DNA of 64,000 nucleotides from Macrostomum lignano (lineage: Eukaryota): the NCBI GenBank assembly GCA_002269645.1, contig NIVC01001761.1, positions 176,666-240,665 on the forward strand. Reading direction: 5' to 3'. Below are positions 1 through 11,079 of the stretch, piece after piece. Every line of letters starts with the position of its first letter. Position 1 is the stretch's first letter. Both the position numbers and the translations under genes were made by a program. The notes beneath the pieces are model-generated. The model had not been told where the DNA came from and did no database searches. It was given only the letters and a program-made list of their open reading frames with translations.

Positions 1-115
1 GCCCACTCCCAATGCCCCAGCCACCCCACTCCCAATGCCCCAGCCAGCCCACTCCCAATGCCCCAGCCACCCCGCTCCCAATGCCCCAGCCACCCCACCC
101 AGCTTCAGGACGAAC

Positions 116-3100
116 CTGGCCAGCGCACTGGTGCAGCCGGCCTGGTGAAATTGGTACGCCATGGCCTCCCATTCCTCCTTGCCGGATAGGACAGTCTGGC
201 AGAGCTCAGCGGCCTGGCCGAACTGCCCGACAGACAGCAGGTGATCAATGTACTTCCGGCCGACGCTGGCCGCAGTGAACTCCCCTATCGAGCCGCCTTG
301 TTGGACATCGTCGAGGGCCTGTTTGAATTTGCCGCGCGACAGCAGCCACTGCAGATGGTCGGACCTGTCCCGCTGCTGGGCGCAGATGATGTCCTTGGGG
401 CACACAATAAAGTACATGCCCTCTGAGCGAAGTTGCTCAAACCGAAAGTTTGCTGGGCTGTAGCGCTCGAAACCGCGCACCTGGAATTGCCAGGTCAGCC
501 CTGGTTACCAACTGCCTCGCTTTGCAGAAGCGAGAAGTTTGAAGTGATAAGCTTAAAGCAGACTGTTGGACGCAACAAGGACTGCAGCCTACTAGACCCG
601 GCCACTGCAATCTACTAGACCCGGCCACTGCAACCTACTAGACCCGGCCACTGCAGCCTACTAGACCCGGCCACTGCAGCCTACTAGACCCGGCCACTGC
701 AGCCTACTAGACCCGGCCATTGCAGCCTACTAGACCCGGCCACTGCAGCCTACTAGACCCGGCCACTGGAGCCTACGAGACCCGGCCACTGCAACCTACT
801 AGACCTGGCTACTGCAACCTACTAGACCCGGCCACTGCAGTCTACTAGACCCCTCGGTCACCTTGAGCTCCTCAATCGCGAGCTCCACGTAGGTGTCGAT
901 GCCGGGCTCCACCAGGTGCAGCTGCGGCTTCTCCTTTTCCTTCTGGCTGAGCAGCAGCAGCTCCTTGCCGAAGCCGCAGATGCCGCAGACGGTCATCGGG
1001 AAGCTGAAGCTGGCCACGATCTGGCCGACTCTTCGGCCGCTGTTCGGGTCCGGGGCGATGCGGCAGATGTACACGCTGCGGCGGAAGGCGGCGATGAAGT
1101 TCGCCTCATCGGAGGCCTGCAATGGAGGGCCCGGGGCGTCCGAAACTCAAAGGAAGGCGTAAAGATATAGGTCAAAGGATGGGTTAGAGAATGGGTCAAA
1201 GGATGGGTTAGAGATTGGGTCAAATGATGGGTTAGAGATTGGGTCAAAGGATGGGTTAGAGATTGGGTCAAAGGATGGGTTAGAGAATGGGTCAAAGGAT
1301 GGGTTAGAGATTGGGTCAAAGGATGGGTTAGAGATTGGGTCAAAGGATGGGTTAGAGAATGGGTCAAAGGATGGGTTAGAGATTGGGTCAAAGGATGGGT
1401 TAGAGAATGGGTCAAAGGATGGGTCAAAGGATGGGTCAGAGGATGGGTCAGAGGATGGATTAGAGAATGGGTCAAAAAATGGGTCAGAGGATGGGTCAGA
1501 GGATGGGTTAGAGAATGGGTCAAAAAATGGGTCAGAGGATGGGTCAGAGGATGGGTTAGAGAATGGGTCAAAGGATGGGTTAGAGAATGGGTCAAAGGAT
1601 GGGTTAGAGAATGGGACAAAGGATGGGTCAAAGGATGGGTCAGAGGATGGATTAGAGAATGGATTAGAGAATGGGTCAAAAAATGGGTCAGAGGATGGGT
1701 CAGAGGATGGGTTAGAGAATGGGTCAAAGGATGGGTTAGAGAATGGGTCAAAGGATGGGTTAGAGAATGGGACAAAGGATGGGTCAAAGGATGGGTCAGA
1801 GGATGGATTAGAGAATGGATTAGAGAATGGGTCAAAAAATGGGTCAGAGGATGGGTCAGAGGATGGGTTAGAGAATGGGTCAAAGGATGGGTCAGAGGAT
1901 AGATTAGAGAATGGGTCAGAGAATGGGTCAGAGGATGGATTAGAGAATGGGTCAAAAAATGGGTCAGAGGATGGGTCAGAGGATGGGTTAGAGAATGGTC
2001 AAAGGATGGGTCAGAGGATGGATTAGAGAATGGGTCAAAGGATGGGTCAGAGGATGGATTAGAGAATGGGTCAAAGGATGGGTCAGAGGATGGGTCAAAT
2101 AATGAGTCGAAAAATGGGTCAGAGGATGGATTAGAGAATGGGTCAAAGGATGGGTCAGAGGATGGGTCAGAGAATGGGTCAAATAATGAGTCGAAAAATG
2201 GGTCAGAGGATGGGTCAGAGGATGGGTTAGAGAATGGGTCAGAGAATGGGTCAGAGGATGGATTAGAGAATGGGTCAAAGGATGGGTCAGAGGATGGGTC
2301 AGAGGATGGGTCAGAGAATGGGTCAAATAATGAGTCGAAAAATGGGTCAGAGGATGGGTCAATGAATGGGTTAGAGAATGGGTCAAAGGATGGGTCAGAG
2401 GATGGGTCAAAGGATGGGTCAATAATAACAATAATAATTGATTACACCTGTCCCAATGGGCAGATGTGCAACGACAGCTCAGCCTGGGGGGTCGCCACAC
2501 ACACACACACACACACACACCCTAAATTACCCCAGCTAATGCTGGCACCCATTTTACAGCTGGGTGAACTGAAGCAATGCAGAGTTGAATGTCTTGCTCA
2601 AGGACACAAATTGTTCCGAGTGGGTCAAGAATCGAACCCCAGACCTTTCAGTCGTGAGTCGACGCTCTGACCACTAGGCTAAAACCCCTAACTATGGGTT
2701 AATGGATGGGACACATGATGGGTTAAAGGATGGGTCAGGGGATGGGTCACATGATGGGTTAAAGGATGGGTCAGGGGATGGGTCATTAAATGTGAAAATG
2801 TCCCTCAAACCTGAATGAAAGCGGCTGTCCTGTCGGTCTCGGTGGCCGGCCTGGGCAGAGAGGTGAGGCTGCGCCGCTCCACCAGGCAGTAGGCCCGGAC
2901 GCCCTCCTCGGTGCCCCACACCACCAGGCTGTTGGCCCACACAATGCAGCGAATGGCGCCGCAGTTCGGCCTGGCCTCCGCCAGCACGCGGTGCTGCTTC
3001 TTGATGAAGCCGGGCTCCACCAGGATCAGCCGGTCGTCGCCAGTGACGTATGACTGCGTGGCGGCGAAGTTCGGCGAGATGGCCACGGCGTACACCTGTT

Positions 3101-3918
3101 AATGAATTCGTAAAATTTCATACAACTGACGTAGCTAGTGTCTCAGAGTACTTTTAATGCCTGGGTCTACTTTTTCTTTCACTACTAAACCAGGCTACTG
3201 CAGCCATACTTTTACTTTCATTGTCTGGAGTGCAATTTTAGTCCACATGTACTTTTAGTGTGTACTTTCATTACCTGGAGTACACTTTTAAGTGTACTTT
3301 CAGTGCCGCCCGAGTGAATCATGAACTCATTTCACACTAAAGAAGACAGTAAACTCCATAAGCTCAAAACTTTACAAGCTTTTTGAGTTTTCTAAAGTGT
3401 ATAGCTTATTGCTAAAATGCCCCCCTCTACTGTCTAGTGGCTGATGTCAGGATGCACTTTGCGTGCACAGCATTGGCAGAGGACAATGTGGCTTTGAGAA
3501 CCCACTCAGCCCTCACCGGCTTGTCCAGCTTCAGAGTGGAATAAGTCTTCTTGTTGAAAAGGTTGTGGATGATGACTCTCTCGTCCATGGAGCAGCTGGC
3601 CAGGTACTCGCCCTTCTCGTCCACGGAGATCTGATTGACTGTGGTGCTATGGCCGGACAAAGACCTGCCCTGGATATTGTTGCCCATGTGGTCAAGAATG
3701 TAGATGTTGCCCCAGTTGGTGCCAACGCAGATGAACTTGCTGTGCACGGCTAAACAGGTGATGAAGTCTTTGTCCAGGATGCGCGGCAGATCTGTGTTGC
3801 CCTGCCCGACCCGGTGGTACTTGAGCCGCGGCTCCAGCTCCTCGTACTCCGCCTCGCTGTCGCAGCCAGCCTCGGGTGGCTCCTCGGTGGCCTCGCGGCT
3901 TTCCTCGAGCTTCTCCAT
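116..3918 (-). CDS. VPS41: Vacuolar protein sorting 41 (HOPS subunit), 5' four exons; gene continues beyond the left edge
   Basis: Exons 3517-3918, 2811-3095, 862-1116 and ~116-480 have GT-AG ends and join in phase 0. Product: acidic N-terminus then EPRLKYHRV...ITCLAVHSKFICVGTNWGNIYILDHMGN...TVNQISVDEKGEYLASCSMD (VPS41 WD40 region), then VRGFERY...FIVCPKDIICAQQRDRSDHLQWLL...VGRKYIDHLL (VPS41 helical region). The donor near 116 is the least certain boundary. Confidence 0.93.
590..850. repeat. 23-bp minisatellite in VPS41 intron
   Basis: Unit CTACTAGACCCGGCCACTGCAGC. Confidence 0.95.
1170..2790. repeat. 12/24-bp G-rich minisatellite in VPS41 intron, interrupted by a SINE
   Basis: Unit GGATGGGTTAGAGAATGGGTCAAA and variants. 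It generates the spurious (THPL)n ORFs. Confidence 0.95.
2421..2688 (-). mobile_element. tRNA-derived SINE with CORE-like central domain
   Basis: The reverse strand shows A-box-like TAGCCTAGTGG and B-box GGTTCGATTC, then TGTGTCCTTGAGCAAGACA...CAGCTGTAAAATGGGT (similar to the MIR/CORE consensus), a (TG)n tract and an (ATT)n-like tail. A second copy lies at 36460. Confidence 0.75.
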
Positions 3919-3984
3919 GAAGACCAAAAAAGAAGCGCAGTGCAAAGTGCGATTTGTAAGTGCATTCATGCAGTTAAATGCAGT

Positions 3985-4425
3985 GCACCTGCATCCCTGC
4001 CTACCCTGACCTGCATCCCTGCCTACTCTGACCTGCATCCCTGCCTACTCTGACCTGCATCCCTGCCTACTCTGACCTGCATCCCTGCCTACCCTGACCT
4101 GCATCCCTGCCTACTCTGACCTGCATCCCTGCCTACCCTGACCTGCATCCCTGCCTACTCTGACCTGCATCCCTGCCTACCCTGACCTGCATCCCTGCCT
4201 ACCCTGACCTGCATCCCTGCCTACTCTGACCTGCATCCCTGCCTACCCTGACCTGCATCCCTGCCTACTCTGACCTGCATCCCTGCCTACCCTGACCTGC
4301 ATCCCTGCCTACCCTGACCTGCATCCCTGCCTACCCTGACCTGCATCCCTGCCTACTCTGACCTGCATCCCTGCCTACCCTGACCTGCATCCCTGCCTAC
4401 CCTGACCTGCATCCCTGCCTACTTG
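3985..4425. repeat. 22-bp minisatellite upstream of the VPS41 ATG
   Basis: Unit CCTGCATCCCTGCCTACYCTGA. Confidence 0.95.
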
Positions 4426-4444
4426 CATAATTACAGATCGATGA

Positions 4445-5615
4445 CCCGCAACCTTTCAACCCAGTCTCTCTCACCTGCAACCCTTCAACCCAGTCTCACT
4501 CACCAGCAACCCATCAACCCAGTTTCTCTCACCTGCAACCCTTCAACCCAGGCTCTCACCTGCAACCCTTCAACCCAGTCTCGCTCACCTGCAACCCATC
4601 AACCCAGTCTCTCACCTGCAACCCTTCAACCCAGGCTCTCACCTGCAACCCTTTAACCCAGTCTCTCTCACCTGCAACCCTTTAACCCATTCTCTCTCAC
4701 CTGCAACCCATCAACCCAGTCTCTCACCTGCAACCCTTCAACCCAGTCTCTCTCACCTGCAACCCTTCAACCCAGTCTCTCACCTGCAACCCTTTAACCC
4801 GGTCTCTCTTGCCTGCAACCCATCAACCCAGTCTCTCACCTGCAACCCTTCAACCCAGGCTCTCACCTGCAACCCTTCAACCCAGTCTCTCACCTGCAAC
4901 CCTTCAAGCCAATTTCTCTCACCTGCAACCCTTCAACCCAGGCTCTCACCTGCAACCCTTCAACCCAGTCTCTCTCACCTGCAACCCATCAACCCAGTCT
5001 CTCACCTGCAACCCTTCAACCCAGGCTCTCACCTGCAACCCTTCAACCCAGTCTCTCTCACCCGCATCTCTTCGACCCAGTCTCTCACCTGAAACCCTTC
5101 AACCCAGTCTCTCTCACCCGCATCTCTTCAACCCAGTCTCTCTCACCTGCAACCCTTTAACCCAGTCTCTCTCACCTGCAAACCTTTAACCCATTCTCTC
5201 TCACCTGCAACCTATCAACCCAGTCTCTCACCTGCAACCCTTCAACCCAGTCTCTCTCACCTGCAACCCTTTAACCCAGTCTCTCTCACCTGCAACCCTT
5301 TAACCCATTCTCTCTCACCAGCAACTCTTCAACCCAGTCTCTCCCACCTGCAACCCTTCAACCCAGTCTCTCACCTGCAACCCTTTAACCCATTCTCTCT
5401 CACCTGCAACCCATCAACCCAGTCTCTCCCACCTGCAACCCTTCAACCCAGTCTCTCACCTGCAACCCTTTAACCCGGTCTCTCTCACCTGCAACCCTTC
5501 AACCCAGTCTCTCACCTGCAACCCTTCAACCCAGTCTCTCACCTGCAACCCTTCAACCCAGTCTCTCACCTGCAACCCTTCAACCCAGTTTCTCTCACCT
5601 GCAACCCTTCAACCC
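4445..5615. repeat. 27-29-bp minisatellite between SMARCC copy A and VPS41
   Basis: Unit CACCTGCAACCCTTCAACCCAGTCTCT(CT). Confidence 0.95.
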
Positions 5616-6104
5616 GTTTATTTATTTAAGTCCATGCAAATGGAATTTCTAAGACACGGTGCCATTTCCACCAATCAGCACATCTAATCAACATTAAAAG
5701 TATTGAAAATGAGATCTAAATGATAAAGCCCAGCTCAGCGAGTAATAAAGCAGGCCATAAAGCCGCAGCCTTAGCCATACAAAATGCACAAATGAACAGC
5801 TTATTTATTAGAAAGCGAGCAGGAGACTTTGCTTGTAATAAAAAAACACTAAAGATAGTGGTAATAGAAGCCGATTAATGCCAGGAAATTCAAGATAAAA
5901 CACGAGTTGAAATGATAAAGAAATGCTTAATTCAAACCGAACTATATATAAATCGTGTAGGGGGGGATTGCCAATGCTTTAAATTTCTGTTACTGAAATC
6001 GTTACTGAGCAGCAACAAGGTCATCTTCAAAGAGTTAAAAGGCAGTATAAACGGACACTTTTTGTACTGCAAAATATACAGCGGGTCTGTTGACCTCCGG
6101 GCCC

Positions 6105-9100
6105 TCAGCCGCTGCATTCTCGCTGAGACGCGCCAGCGGCCGACATGGCAAACCGGTTGACCTCCTGGTAGAACTCCTGGCGCTCCTCCAGCAGCAGGCG
6201 GCGCTGAGACTCCAGGTGCTCGCGCTCCCTGTCCATCAGCGACTCCAGCTCATGGAAGTGGCGCAGCTTAGCTTCAATCTTCTTTGCCTGAGCCTCCACT
6301 AGAGAGCCCACCAGGCTCTTGATCCTGGACTCCTCAGCCTGTGCCAGCTGCTTGGCGCTTGCCGCCGCTGCGGCCAGGGCTGAGGCCGGCTCAGCCTTCT
6401 TGGCCTCTTCATCCGCTGCCTCTCTGGGACTCATGGCGGGATCTGCTGCCACCTTGGGACTCTTGGCGGGATCCGCTGCCGCCTTGGGACTCTTGGCGGG
6501 ATCTGCTGCCGCCTTGGGACTCTTGGCGGGATCCGCTGCCGCTTTGGGACTCTTGGCGGTATCTGCTGCCGCCTTGGGACTCTTGGCGGGATCCGCTGCC
6601 TCTTTGGGACTCTTGGCGGGATCTGCTGCCGCCTTGGGACTCTTGGCGGGATCCGCTGCCTCTTTGGGACTCTTGGTGGGATCCGCTGAATCCTTGGGAC
6701 TCTTGGCGGGATCCGCTGCCTCTTTGGGACTCTTGGCGGGATCCGCTGCCTCTTTGTCGCCGACGCTCTGCTGGTGAGCCTTGAGCACGCAGCTGGGAAT
6801 CTCGTCCCTCATCTTGGCGTACTCGTCCAGAGCAGCCTTGGTGGCGGCGCTGGCAATCCTGGGATCAACAGTGGCAGCCAGGAAGGCCACGGTGCACATG
6901 ATGGGGTTGCCGGCCTTGCTGAAGGGAATCGGCTGGTGGATCAGCGGGCCCAGCGCCTCTTCGGCGCCCTCTAAAAACGGATCCTCGATCGGCAGCTTCA
7001 GGAAGTGCAGCACGCACTCCTCCTGGGTGCGGGACCCCACGTGCTCGGCCACTCGGTTCCAGTCGTCTTTGAATAGCTCAAGGCCCTCCAGCAGGCTCAG
7101 CGTCTCCTGGTCAGTCCAGTCCGACTTGCGGCTGGCCGGCGGCTTGTCCGGCAGCTTCGAGCTCGCCTCGGACTTCTGGATGTCGCTAGCGGCGTCCTTT
7201 GAGCTGTCCTTGGCAGACGGATGAGCGGCGCCGTTCACTTTTTCGCTGGCGCCGGACGGCGGCGCGGGTTTCAGCGGCGCCAGACAAGCCGGGCTGTCCG
7301 ATAGGGCGCGGAAATTCGACGCAGATGGCGGGCCAAGAGCGGCGAGCTTGGACTCCTTGTCCACCTGTCGGTGTCCATGCAGGGGTGAACGAGGTGGATG
7401 CAGTGAGTCACGCGAGCTACGATGAGCTTACGGCTGAGGGAAACCCCGGACTAAGACTCAAACTCCTACTGTGGGGTCGAACAAAGACTCAAACGCCTAC
7501 TGTGGGGTCGGACAAAGACTCAAACTCTACTGTTGGGTCGGATAAAAACTCAAACTCTACTGTTGGGCCGGACAAAGACTCAAGCTCTACTGTGGGGTCG
7601 GACAAAGACTCAAACTCTACTGTGGGGTCGGACAAAGACTCAAACTCTACTGTTGGGTCGGATAAAAACTCAAACTCTACTGTTGGGTCGGACAAAGACT
7701 CAAGCTTTACTGTGGGGTCGGACAAAGACTCAAACTCTACTGTGGGGTCGGACAAAGACTGAAACTCTACTGTGGGGTCAGACAAAGACTCAAACTCTAC
7801 TATAGGTCAGACAAAGACTCAAACCCTACTGTGGGGTTTAGACAAAGACTCAAACTCTACTGTGGGGTTGGACAAAGACTCAAACTCTACTGTTGGGTCG
7901 GATAAAAACTCAAACTCTACTGTTGGGTCGGACAAAGACTCAAGCTTTACTGTGGGGTCGGACAAAGACTCAAACTCTACTGTGGGGTCGGACAAAGACT
8001 TAAACTCTACTGTGGGGTCGGACAAAGACTCAAACTCTACTGTGGGGTCGGACAAAGACTCAAACTCTACTGTGGGGTCAGACAAAGACTCAAACTCTAC
8101 TGTGGGGTTTAGACAAAGACTCAAACTCAAAGCAAAAACTCAAGTCCAGCCTCACCTGATAGTTGATGAGGCCCCACTGTTCCAGGAAAGCGTGCACCCT
8201 GAGGATGCCGCACACGTCGCCATGCAAATTCCGCCTGCAGGCAGTGAAGGTGAGGTACTCCTGCGGGTTGAGCCTGTAGGTGTCAATCATGAAGTTGCGG
8301 CAGGCCAGGTAGGCCTCAGGAGTTTTGGTCGGTCGGCCTTCGAGGAAGAACTCCGGAAGGCTGCGCCTCTCCAGCGCGTGGATGGAGTTGTAGTCGAACC
8401 AGGTGGCGTAGGAGGGCACGATGATGGCGTGCGCCTGCTCAGTCACCGTCACGTCGTCTGCTGCCGCTTTCTGCAGTTTAGAGCGCGTATTCAATGAAGC
8501 TAATTAATGCTGGGAATCCAATTCTTGGGATTCGTAATGAATGTTAAGAAATAATTGGCCTAAGAATTGAACTGTATGGTGGGATAACTGTTTATTTGAA
8601 TCGGATGCTGGAAATTATCTGTTGATATTCGAATTGGATGACGGGAATTCCTCTGATGGAATTTGGATTGGATGCCGGGAATTCGCAAGGATCAGATTGG
8701 ATGCCGGGAATTCCCCTGCTAAATTCAGATTGGATGCCGGGAATTCCCCTGCTGGATTCAGATTGGATGCCGGGAATTCCCCTGCTGGAATCAGATTGGA
8801 TGCCGGGAATTCCCTTGCTAGAATCGGATTGGATGCCGGGAATTCCCCTGCTGGAATCGGATTGGATGCCGGGAATTCCCCTGCTGGAATCAGATTGGAT
8901 GCCGGGAATTCCCCTGCTGGAATCGGATTGGATGCCGGGAATTCCCCTGCTGGAATCGGATTGGATGTCGGGAATTACCCTGCTGGAATCGGATTGGATG
9001 CCGGGAATTCCCCTGCTGGAATCGGACTGGATGCCGGGAATTCCCCTGCTGGAATCGGATTGGATGCCGGGAATTCCCCTGCTGGAATCGGACTGGATGC

Positions 9101-9472
9101 CGGGAATTCCCCTGCTGGAATCGGATTGGATGCCGGGAATTCCTTTGTTGAGAGTCGGATCCAATTAACAACCAATCAGGAATTCACCTGTCCATTAAAA
9201 TCGTCCTGATCGCCATTCCCGCTGTCCCTGTCGCTGCCTGCGCTCCCAGCCGAAGTGCCACCAGCGGCCTCGGCTGCAGCTCCATCGCTGCTGCAGCTGC
9301 GAGAGTCAGCTTCCTCCAGCCGCTGAATCAGCTGGCGAGTCCTCTTGTTCTCACTTCTGGTCAGCAGTTTCCGACTGCTCAAATCTGAGGCTCTGGCTGC
9401 CCCATTCAATGCAGCAGACGGGGCTGGCGATTTCTCGGGCGATGGGGATCTGGCTCGCTTGTGAAGCTTCAT
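6105..9472 (-). CDS. SMARCC1/SMARCC2: SMARCC/SWI3-family subunit, short paralogue (copy A): SWIRM + SANT + KSP repeats + coiled coil, ~619 aa
   Basis: Exons 9188-9472 ([12 protein letters not shown]...), 8156-8470 ([19 protein letters not shown]...[52 protein letters not shown]) and 6105-7364 ([53 protein letters not shown]; [10 protein letters not shown]; [14 protein letters not shown], coiled coil). All introns are phase 0 and the spliced ORF is open. Confidence 0.9.
6420..6752 (-). repeat. Coding 30-bp tandem repeat ([10 protein letters not shown])x11 in SMARCC copy A
   Basis: Unit GGGACTCTTGGCGGGATCYGCTGCCKCYTT on the plus strand, in frame within exon 3. Confidence 0.95.
7450..8130. repeat. 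30-bp minisatellite in SMARCC copy A intron 2
   Basis: Unit GACAAAGACTCAAACTCTACTGTGGGGTCG. The same unit occurs at 23075-23245. Confidence 0.95.
8690..9145. repeat. 33-bp minisatellite in SMARCC copy A intron 1
   Basis: Unit GGATTGGATGCCGGGAATTCCCCTGCTGGAATC. Confidence 0.95.
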
Positions 9473-9669
9473 CTGGCTGCAGCATTGGGTGAGGATGTGG
9501 TTTGTATGGCTCCAACAAATACAGACAAAACAGACAGAGTAAGATTAGTTATAGTATCTTCAAGTATATGGTGTGTTTGCTCTTGAAGTCAAAATATACT
9601 AAGCAAAAAGCTATCCAAATTTACCCATGCTCAAATCAGTCATTCGCAGATTTTCTTTGACAACAGTAG

Positions 9670-10380
9670 GAGTTATGTGCCCTCTGCCGCAGGAATTTCC
9701 GTGGGAAAACCACGGGCCTACAGTGTGTGAACATAGGAGCCTATGTAAATGCATTGGTGCGCTCTGCCACAGGAATTACCATGAAAAAGCCATGGGCCCG
9801 CATCGGGCGGGCGCCTATGTGGGAGAACTCTGCAGAGAAAGCCATGGAAATAGCGTGGGGCCTAATGAGAGAACATAGCCGCTGTTGTTTTAATACATGC
9901 CATGGACTCTGCTCCTGGACTCAAAGTACATTGTTTTAAGCCGACAATACACGTTTGTAAATTGCAGTAAGTTTTCCTAAGTTTGAAAAATCTCACTTCC
10001 ATGCCTCTCATCTCAACAAGAGTTCCCTAAACATTTGTGTGCTGACTATACGATCATTCCATTGAAACAAAAATAAAATCGTAGCAATTTGGCTGCGTAA
10101 AATGTGTCCTGTAGGAAGTTTTGATTTTTTAATAAACATTTCAGTGAGAGTCTTTTTAGATGGTGACTGCGTTTGGTCATGGGTGCCTCTGCACTTGAGT
10201 AAATTGGACTGAATGTTTTGTGAAAGTGAACTTTTAAAGCGCCGTTTATTGCTTTGTTTTTGTTGATATTGCTGGTTTTTATTGAATTCGGCGGCGGGAG
10301 AGTGGGGTGGCGGTCTTTAAAACTAACTGGTACACTGGGCGGGGAATGTTATCAGTTTTATTACTTTTGTTCAATAACGA
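9670..10380 (+). repeat. Dispersed repeat, copy 1 (homologous to 41025-41610)
   Basis: Shares CTCTGCCGCAGGAATTTCCGTGGGAAAACCACGGGCCTA and ACTGAATGTTTTGTGAAAGTGA...AAAGCGCC blocks with the second copy. Confidence 0.75.
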
Positions 10381-10421
10381 TAAGAAAATAATTAGTGTAT
10401 ACACATATGTAACGTGTAAAC

Positions 10422-11079
10422 TAGGGGTCACTGAAACTAGGGCTTTTTCCGGGATCCCGGGATTCACAGGGTCGGGATTCAATCCCGGAAAGTTTATGCT
10501 ATGTTTTTATTATGTCTGATATAATAGCATTTAGCAAGACAGTTAGGTAAAATATCGAACATGCATGCATCCATGTCCACTCTCCGCTGCCCACTTTGTA
10601 AAATCTTTGATGTTGAGTTCAGTCTTGTTTAAATAATTTAACCTTGATTTTAAATTTTGAACTCATCGTGCATGTCGTGACAACCTTGACAACGTGAATG
10701 CCCACTGCCCAGACAGTAGTAGGTTGTGATTGTGAATGTAATATATACATTCATATTGCTTTGCACAGTGATACATGTACATTACATAATCCAATATATG
10801 TCATACATAATATATATATGCATATTACAATATTGATATTGCGAGTAGTAACATACTACTATAATATTTAATATACTACGAGTATAATAACATCATTATT
10901 ATAATTTTATATATTACATTACCAGCCTAGCATTACCCCTTTAGCTCCTACCATAACTGTAAGCGTTATAAAAATGTCAGTCGCAGCATTTTTATGACAT
11001 TATAACTATGTTGTGACAAGGATGGTACTGGAAAATATAACTCCCGGGATGGACAGAATACGGGATTTTGTGACCCCTA
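10422..11079. mobile_element. Non-autonomous hAT-type MITE
   Basis: TIR TAGGGGTCAC...GTGACCCCTA, with a perfect 8-bp TSD GTGTAAAC at 10414-10421 and 11080-11087. Confidence 0.85.

Noticed and set aside
993-2518. Long ORFs (THPL)n
   Set aside because: Stop-free translation of a 12/24-bp intronic minisatellite.
4445-5615. Regular repeats as a CRISPR array (also 7450-8130, 58140-58670)
   Set aside because: Head-to-tail units without unique spacers, no cas genes, eukaryotic context.
7199-9209. ORFs with ([10 protein letters not shown])n and ([11 protein letters not shown])n repeats
   Set aside because: Intronic 30- and 33-bp arrays that are open in several frames by construction.
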